Of a stretch of 64,000 nucleotides of DNA, positions 58,079 to 64,000 are shown one piece after another. Location: positions 1 through 64,000 of IMG/VR virus record IMGVR_UViG_3300009768_000006. One strand, written 5' to 3'. The notes under the pieces were generated by a model. The model was not told where the DNA came from, did no database searches, and saw only the letters and a list, made by a program, of their open reading frames with translations. The translations under genes were made by a program, and so were the position numbers. Within the stretch, counting starts at the first letter, position 1; each line of letters starts with the position of its first letter. This DNA comes from a virus. Its lineage: Duplodnaviria; Caudoviricetes.

Positions 58079-59467
58079 ATGACAATGGATGACATCATAC
58101 TAGCAGCATTTCTAAGAGAACCACTATTCTACGCTAACTACAGTTCTATAGTAGATAGCAGTATGTTTGATGGTTCTACTCATCGGATAGCTATTAATCT
58201 TTATGTAGATTATATAAATACCTACATGAGAATGCCTACTGAAGATGAGATGTATGCAGATCTCACAAGATATTGTACTAAGTATGGCATAGATGCATCT
58301 ATGAAGCAAGCAACTATCGAGCAGCTACAACGATGCTATAAGATGAACTATAATGTCAACTATGCTAAAGACAATTTCATAAAGTATGCTACTAAGAATA
58401 AATTAACTGCTGCTGTAATAAAGGCAGCAGAGACTATAAAGGGTAAAGATGATGAATTAAGTGAGAAAGACTATAACTCGATTCTAGAGAATATACAAGA
58501 AGCTATAACTATAAGATCTAGAAGTACTGAAGGAGTAAGTCTGGCTGATGTAGCAGATGATCCTGTCAAATACATACAAGACAATAACAGATATGATGTA
58601 AACAAGATAGTGAAAACTGGGATACCTACTCTTGATGCAGCTCATATAGCGGGAGGGCCTTTGCCTGGAGAACTTTGCGTAGTAGCAGCTCCTCCTGGTA
58701 GAGGTAAATCCACTTTATTAATTAATGTAGGAGCTCATGCTATACTTTCAGGTCATGATGTAATTCATATATTCGTAGGTGATAACACTGAAGCTGACGG
58801 AGTATTGAGATATTGCGCTAGGCTTACAGGTGTGAGTATGCCTCAGATAATGCTCAAATCTTCACAGTATGTAGAAACTTGGAAGTACATGAAGGAAAAC
58901 TTCCACATAGGTAATCTAATATTAGGTGCTTATCCTATAGGTAGTCCTACTATGTCAGATATAAGATCATTCATAACTAAGAATATGATACGAAGATCAA
59001 TCGTACCTAAATTACTTATTATAGACTACATCGATAACTGTAGAAGAGATGATGATGATAATTCTTATGAGTCTTTAGGAGTTCTTTATACTCAAATGAA
59101 GAATATATGTGAAGAAATGCAGCTAGTAGGATGGACTGCATCACAGCCTAAAGTAGATACATGGGATACAGACATAAATGCAGGATTGTCTAGTCTAGCT
59201 GAAAGCTCTAAGAAACAACACGTATTGGATATACTTATTACCATGAATAAACGTAATGATCAAAACTATAGCATATATGTCCCTAAGTTTAGACGTGGTA
59301 GAAGTGACTTCAGTGTAGATCTTATTGTAGATTACGAACGTATGCTCATAAAAGAATCACTAGTTAGCAGAGCAAACGTACCTAGTAGCTCTGGGGTTAA
59401 TCCAACTACTTATAATCAACAAGCTAATAATGCTAATTTGCCTCCTAGTCCATTTACAGGTAAGTAA
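58079..59467 (+). CDS. DnaB-like (SF4) replicative helicase
   Basis: TG...LD, GEL.V..APPGRGKS, IIDYID, WTASQ, AES..K and K.R.G. Confidence 0.9.
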   Translation: MTMDDIILAAFLREPLFYANYSSIVDSSMFDGSTHRIAINLYVDYINTYMRMPTEDEMYADLTRYCTKYGIDASMKQATIEQLQRCYKMNYNVNYAKDNFIKYATKNKLTAAVIKAAETIKGKDDELSEKDYNSILENIQEAITIRSRSTEGVSLADVADDPVKYIQDNNRYDVNKIVKTGIPTLDAAHIAGGPLPGELCVVAAPPGRGKSTLLINVGAHAILSGHDVIHIFVGDNTEADGVLRYCARLTGVSMPQIMLKSSQYVETWKYMKENFHIGNLILGAYPIGSPTMSDIRSFITKNMIRRSIVPKLLIIDYIDNCRRDDDDNSYESLGVLYTQMKNICEEMQLVGWTASQPKVDTWDTDINAGLSSLAESSKKQHVLDILITMNKRNDQNYSIYVPKFRRGRSDFSVDLIVDYERMLIKESLVSRANVPSSSGVNPTTYNQQANNANLPPSPFTGK

Positions 59468-59469
59468 TT

Positions 59470-60519
59470 ATGAGAGATGATTACAAGATATTAGTAGAGA
59501 GTAAACTCACTCCTGTAGGTATTAATGGTGATGATGTAATCTACAGATGTCCTGTATGTGAAGCTGTAAAAGGATCTGGTCATCTTCAGGTAAATTATAA
59601 AATAAATAAATATAATTGCTTTAAGTGTGATGTAGGAGGTTCTGATATAAAGAATCTACTGCACTTACTTAAAGTAGACGTGAGCATGGATTATGATGCT
59701 CTTTACAGTAGTTATGAGAAGAAATTAGACAATATCATATCATCTAAGTCAGCTAAGAAGCAGGTAACTACAATAAAAGATTATAGTAGAGATCTTAAGG
59801 TACTAACGTCCTATTATGATCAGCATACAAAACCATTAACTCCTGTAGCTAGGAGTTATTTAATATCTAGAGGATTAACTGATGATATAATAATGAAGCT
59901 ACGAATATCTGAAGGAGTGAATAGATATAACGAGATTATTAAGATAAATAATAAAGAATATCTAGGTAGAGATTATAGTGGTAGAGTGATGGTACCTTCT
60001 ATATACGAAGATAATACTATATCATTCTTCGTAGGTAGGGATTACACAAATACTAAAAATAATAAGTATCTTAATCCTCCTAAGGATCTAGCATTCTCCT
60101 CTGAAGATGTATACAATTTGAACTTAGTAGAATCTAATTCAGTTATTATATGTGAAGGTGTATTTACAGCTATAACTGTGATAGCAGGTTCAGGTAAAAT
60201 AAATGCTGTAGCTACCTATGGTAAATCTATAAGCAGTAAATCTAACTCAAATGAATCGGTAACTAGTCAAGGTGAGAAATTACTAGCTAGAAAGTTCCAT
60301 ACATATTATATAGCTTATGATGCAGATGCAATGAAGAATTCTATAGAGTCTGCTAAATATCTTAATGATAGAGGAGCTAATGTTAAAGTAGTACTAATTG
60401 ATCCTCTAGTTTATGGAGCGAAAGCTGATATAAATGATATAGGTTATCAAGAATTCGTAAAACTTCTAAATAATTCGTTAACTTATGATAAGTACATTAG
60501 GCTAACTTTACTGAATTGA
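59470..60519 (+). CDS. DNA primase (DnaG-like)
   Basis: Zn finger CPVC...H...CFKC, YL..RG, GR...KYLN and TOPRIM motifs CEG.F.A and YDAD. Confidence 0.9.
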   Translation: MRDDYKILVESKLTPVGINGDDVIYRCPVCEAVKGSGHLQVNYKINKYNCFKCDVGGSDIKNLLHLLKVDVSMDYDALYSSYEKKLDNIISSKSAKKQVTTIKDYSRDLKVLTSYYDQHTKPLTPVARSYLISRGLTDDIIMKLRISEGVNRYNEIIKINNKEYLGRDYSGRVMVPSIYEDNTISFFVGRDYTNTKNNKYLNPPKDLAFSSEDVYNLNLVESNSVIICEGVFTAITVIAGSGKINAVATYGKSISSKSNSNESVTSQGEKLLARKFHTYYIAYDADAMKNSIESAKYLNDRGANVKVVLIDPLVYGAKADINDIGYQEFVKLLNNSLTYDKYIRLTLLN

Positions 60520-60524
60520 ACGTT
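60502..60524 (+). promoter_or_regulatory. Phage promoter motif copy 7
   Basis: CTAACT-N11-AACGTT. Confidence 0.8.
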
Positions 60525-60560
60525 TCTATATACGTAAGAATTGTAATGGAGGTATTACTA

Positions 60561-61046
60561 ATGATAATGAGTTTCTCGGTGGACCATACAAAATTAGTAC
60601 CAGGACTCTATCTTTCAGAGAAGATAGGTAACATCTCTATCTGGGATATCAGGATGGTGGCTCCTTCATCTAAGAAGAAGCTCACAGGTCCTGTAGTTCA
60701 CACTTTGGAGCACCTCCTAGCATTCTATATTAGATTGCATTTAGGAGAGAAGAAAGTCATAGGGTTGTATCCTATGGGATGCAAAACAGGATTCTATCTG
60801 GTTACTAAAAGAGCTAGTAAACATCAAGTATTGGAAGCGATGAAAGATGTCTTCCATATATTCTATACGAATGCTCAAGGGAGTTGGGAGGATAGAAATA
60901 TTATAGCTATCCCTGGAGCTACAGAGAAAAGTTGTGGGAATCCTAACTACCACAATCTTCCTGAAGCTCTGAAAGAAGCAGCTAAGTACTATGATAAGCT
61001 GTATATGCTGTACACTGTAGATATGGACTATGATAACTTAGTATAA
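60561..61046 (+). CDS. luxS: S-ribosylhomocysteine lyase LuxS
   Basis: SF.VDHTK, HTLEHL, PMGCKTGFY and IPGA....CGN...H.L; ATG 60561 follows GGAGGT. Confidence 0.92.
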   Translation: MIMSFSVDHTKLVPGLYLSEKIGNISIWDIRMVAPSSKKKLTGPVVHTLEHLLAFYIRLHLGEKKVIGLYPMGCKTGFYLVTKRASKHQVLEAMKDVFHIFYTNAQGSWEDRNIIAIPGATEKSCGNPNYHNLPEALKEAAKYYDKLYMLYTVDMDYDNLV

Positions 61047-61061
61047 AGGAGAATATTACTA

Positions 61062-62111
61062 ATGAAGAGTGATAGGTTGGTACAAGGTAATTTTACAGGT
61101 CCTATAAGACCTACAGCTAAAATCATAAGTCATACTAGTTATCCTATCGGTACTTTGTATACTGTATGGACAGGTACTAGATATGGTAGATGTCTGGATC
61201 CTAAGGTAGTTCAGGAGATTTATGATGGTAATTGGACAGAGGATCGCAGGGACGAAGTTGAATTCATCTGTAAATGCTATCCTGAGTATACTGGTAGTTG
61301 GACTAGTAGGAAGACGCAGGCTTCCTCTGTGATTCTAGCGATTGCTCAGAAAGTCATAGAGTCAAATGTTCCTGCAGGAGAAGCGGTTCATCTTAATATC
61401 CAGATAGACAATGCTAGTGTTGCATGGCGTGAGCAGCTAGTCAGAGGTAGGATATCTCAACAATTCTGGACTATGTCTACTAGGATCATGGACATGACGT
61501 CTATGGATGTGAACATGAATGATAGCATAAATCTTATCGGTGGTGAAGAAGCTGTAAAAATTTATGAGGATACTGTTCAGACTATCAGAGATGCTTATAC
61601 TAAACTGATTGACCTAGGTATCCCTGTAGAGGATATCAGACTGCAACCTCAGAATCATGTTCATAGAGTGTACTGGATGGTTCCTCTACGTACGTTGGTA
61701 ACTATTCTGAATAAACGTAGTGACTGGATCGCACAAGGATCTCTTTGGACTCCTATTGTATCCAGTATCATCTTAGCTCTAAGACAGATAGGGCTTTACA
61801 ATGTTATAGCTCCGTTCATAGGGAAGCCTATGGTTGAGTTCTCAAAGGATCCTGAAGGGAACTATTTTGTTTCTAAATATATAATGGAAGCAGATAATGA
61901 AGATAGGTATAGTGGGAGAGATAAACTTCCATGTGATCCTCTATGGCTAGCATACAGACATAAAACGATGCCAGCTCATACTAACATAGAGCATTATGAT
62001 TATCTGAAGTCTGTCTACATGAATATTTGGTCTGATGAATATTTGGAAATACTAGGATGGGATAGGGAGAATCCTGAGCAGTTAGGTTACTACGATAGAC
62101 CTCAGGCATAA
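61062..62111 (+). CDS. Divergent ThyX-like (flavin-dependent thymidylate synthase fold) protein
   Basis: EQLVRGR...MSTR (cf. RHRx7SxR), Y..L...G.P.ED.R and R.L......R....AQ. Confidence 0.7.
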   Translation: MKSDRLVQGNFTGPIRPTAKIISHTSYPIGTLYTVWTGTRYGRCLDPKVVQEIYDGNWTEDRRDEVEFICKCYPEYTGSWTSRKTQASSVILAIAQKVIESNVPAGEAVHLNIQIDNASVAWREQLVRGRISQQFWTMSTRIMDMTSMDVNMNDSINLIGGEEAVKIYEDTVQTIRDAYTKLIDLGIPVEDIRLQPQNHVHRVYWMVPLRTLVTILNKRSDWIAQGSLWTPIVSSIILALRQIGLYNVIAPFIGKPMVEFSKDPEGNYFVSKYIMEADNEDRYSGRDKLPCDPLWLAYRHKTMPAHTNIEHYDYLKSVYMNIWSDEYLEILGWDRENPEQLGYYDRPQA

Positions 62112-62123
62112 CAAAAGATAGGA

Positions 62124-62747
62124 GTGTTCTTACAAATGAGCAAGTTTATAGGGATATCAGGTCCTACATGTACTTACAAAAGTACTATACATGCCTTATT
62201 GAAGAAAGTACTGCCTACGGATCCTAAAATAGTATACCTGGATGATATCCATGATACTGTATGGAATAACTTGGTAAAGAGTGGTGTATTCTTTAACTAT
62301 CAAGAACTGACTAGCGATAGAGATTACTTACTCATGTACATATCCAAGCTGATAGATTACTATGCTAGTCAGATAGAGAAATACAAATACACTGATAACA
62401 TTGTAATCATGGATGGGTGTATCGTAGACATATTAGTCTACAGTATGTTGAATACCTGGTATCATTATCCAGTGAAAGAGTATACAGAGAAACTGATGGA
62501 AAAACTACTGAAGTATATGGATTACATAGACAATGTATTCATCACTATTCCTGATAAGAATAACGAAGAGAAACTTCAGTACAGCAGAAGAGCTCAACAA
62601 ACTGCATTTAAGAAGAACAGGCCTCTAGAATGTTCATACTACAACATAGCTGGAGGTTTGCGTATATGTACGAAGCTTACATCAGACATAGTAAGTAATG
62701 CTAATATTATAAAAGAAAAAGTGCTAGAGTATGTAGCCTTACTGTGA
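62124..62747 (+). CDS. P-loop nucleoside/nucleotide kinase-like protein (AAA_28/dNK-like); start may be ATG 62136
   Basis: Degenerate Walker A ISGPTCTYKST; D....D..VY. Confidence 0.6.
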   Translation: MFLQMSKFIGISGPTCTYKSTIHALLKKVLPTDPKIVYLDDIHDTVWNNLVKSGVFFNYQELTSDRDYLLMYISKLIDYYASQIEKYKYTDNIVIMDGCIVDILVYSMLNTWYHYPVKEYTEKLMEKLLKYMDYIDNVFITIPDKNNEEKLQYSRRAQQTAFKKNRPLECSYYNIAGGLRICTKLTSDIVSNANIIKEKVLEYVALL

Positions 62748-62760
62748 GCATCATAACGTT
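62738..62760 (+). promoter_or_regulatory. Phage promoter motif copy 8
   Basis: CTTACT-N11-AACGTT. Confidence 0.72.
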
Positions 62761-62783
62761 CTATATAATGGAGGTGATTACAC

Positions 62784-63509
62784 ATGCTCATAATAGATTC
62801 CATGGATAAACTACTAAACCACATAATAACAAATTGTTTTGAATATGACGGAATAGTAGTAGAAGGCTATGATTGTGTAGGTAAAGGTAGAGTACTAACT
62901 GATATAGCCTATGGATTAAATACTACTGTATATAGACCTGATTATACTGTATGGACTCCTGAATTCTTAGGGAAAGAGGAAAGATGGAAGCTATCAGCTT
63001 ACTATTTGGATATATGTTCTAAGCTTCATATTCCTAGAAAATCATTGAATATCCAGGAATTCAGGAATAATCCTATAGACATATTTGATAGAGGAGTATT
63101 GTCAGGATATGTTTATAACCATGTAGATATAAGAAAATTCTACAAGGAGATATTAAGAGACTACAGACTACTTCATGTGATAGTGACCTGTGATGAATAT
63201 AGTTTCTTCAAATACTTAGAATCTAGAAATAATAATATCACTGAGCAGCAGAAGCATGAGGAATTATTTAAATTAGCAGTTTACACTGAGTCATATGTTA
63301 ATATTGCGAAGGAATTAGACCTATTAGCTTGTGTCTATATTAACAGTTATGATCAATGCAAAGATAATTCTAATACTTGTGAAGGCTGTGGGCATTATAG
63401 CTATGGTGTATGTAAGAATCCTAGAAGTGATTATTATAACAATACAGTTAATGATAATTTGAGCAGATGTAAAGTATCTAATGACGAGGAGATACAAGAT
63501 GTACAATAA
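62784..63509 (+). CDS. Thymidylate/dNMP kinase-like protein with a C-terminal Cys cluster
   Basis: VVEGYDCVGK (EG.D..GK), FDRG..S..VY; C-terminal CEGCGH....C...C. Confidence 0.7.
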   Translation: MLIIDSMDKLLNHIITNCFEYDGIVVEGYDCVGKGRVLTDIAYGLNTTVYRPDYTVWTPEFLGKEERWKLSAYYLDICSKLHIPRKSLNIQEFRNNPIDIFDRGVLSGYVYNHVDIRKFYKEILRDYRLLHVIVTCDEYSFFKYLESRNNNITEQQKHEELFKLAVYTESYVNIAKELDLLACVYINSYDQCKDNSNTCEGCGHYSYGVCKNPRSDYYNNTVNDNLSRCKVSNDEEIQDVQ

Positions 63510-64000
63510 ATGTGACCTTTGTAATTATAGTCAAGGAGCTTTTCATCAGATTGAGCCTATAGGGAACTGCCAAGATGATGAGTGTGAGCTCCTGATTATA
63601 GGAGATTATCCTAAGGCTGAAGATGATGCTTCAGGATATCCATTGTCAAATAGTAATCTTCAATTTTATTGGGAATTACTAAATGATCTTAAAGTAAAAT
63701 ATAAAGTAGTGTATGCTATGAAATGCATACCTATAGATTATAGAAATCGTAGGTATATGAAACCTACTATAAGTGACTTCGATACATGCATAAGGAATAA
63801 CCTCGTAAATTATATAGTTAAAGTAGCTCCTGAGTGTATCCTGACATTAGGACAGTTGGCTTTAGAAATTATGCTTGGCGAGGGTAAGAAGATAGGAGAT
63901 TACAGAGAAAGAGCTGCTACGATTAGGATTCCTAATAAATCAGTGAAACTTATCTCTACTTATAGCCCTTCTTATGCAGTTGATAATGAATCTACTATGT
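63499..64000 (+). CDS. Family-4 uracil-DNA-glycosylase-like (Fe-S) domain, 3'-truncated; possibly the N-terminus of a DNA polymerase
   Basis: Open to the window end: MYNKCDLC...LLIIGDYPKAEDD..G.PL...KCIP...P...C...P.CILTLG..A...STYSPSY. Not in the ORF track because it has no stop in the window. Confidence 0.75.
   Translation, partial: MYNKCDLCNYSQGAFHQIEPIGNCQDDECELLIIGDYPKAEDDASGYPLSNSNLQFYWELLNDLKVKYKVVYAMKCIPIDYRNRRYMKPTISDFDTCIRNNLVNYIVKVAPECILTLGQLALEIMLGEGKKIGDYRERAATIRIPNKSVKLISTYSPSYAVDNESTM

Noticed and set aside
2969-59467. Inteins, group I introns or homing endonucleases in terminase, topoisomerase or helicase genes
   Set aside because: Protein lengths and motif order are uninterrupted; no intein termini or LAGLIDADG/HNH/GIY-YIG motifs were recognised.
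1985-63506. Numerous short minus-strand ORFs in the track
   Set aside because: All overlap well-supported plus-strand genes and lack recognisable motifs; treated as shadows.
1-64000. Stop-codon reassignment (TAG recoding), suggested by the abundance of TAG trinucleotides
   Set aside because: Genes are full-length in the standard code and several end in TAG; the TAG triplets are out of frame.

Overview
This window is a 64-kb segment of a large, AT-rich, contractile-tailed (T4-like myovirus architecture) bacteriophage genome. Essentially all genes are on the + strand. The host is probably a Firmicute (Clostridia/Bacilli), judged from GGAGG ribosome-binding sites, a GH25-SH3 endolysin, an LL-H-type holin, and XkdX, SpoIID and CotH domains. 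Bases 1-46969 are the virion module: LRR protein, terminase, portal, head proteins, prohead protease, major capsid, neck, sheath, tube, tape measure, baseplate, mosaic tail fibre/RBP genes and lysis genes. Bases 47078-64000 are a regulation, nucleotide-metabolism and replication module. Main findings: (1) A candidate undescribed DNA-hypermodification system. An operon of HD nucleotidase, PIG-L de-N-acetylase, GT4 glycosyltransferase and NodS-like N-methyltransferase is co-regulated with a tandem nucleoside-deoxyribosyltransferase-fold protein, LuxS, a divergent ThyX, two nucleotide kinases and a degenerate UDG domain. (2) A phage-encoded ECF-like sigma factor, plus eight copies of a fixed-spacing motif CYWACT-N11-AACGTY that mark its likely regulon. 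(3) Two of those motif copies precede non-coding structured elements: a CpG-rich hairpin cluster (origin or primer candidate) and a roughly 140-nt candidate ncRNA. (4) Two frameshift sites, a relic of an LRR gene, putative protease-processed polyprotein head cargo, and a compositionally foreign, internally duplicated tail-fibre locus. All functional calls come from motif recognition by eye; no database search was run.
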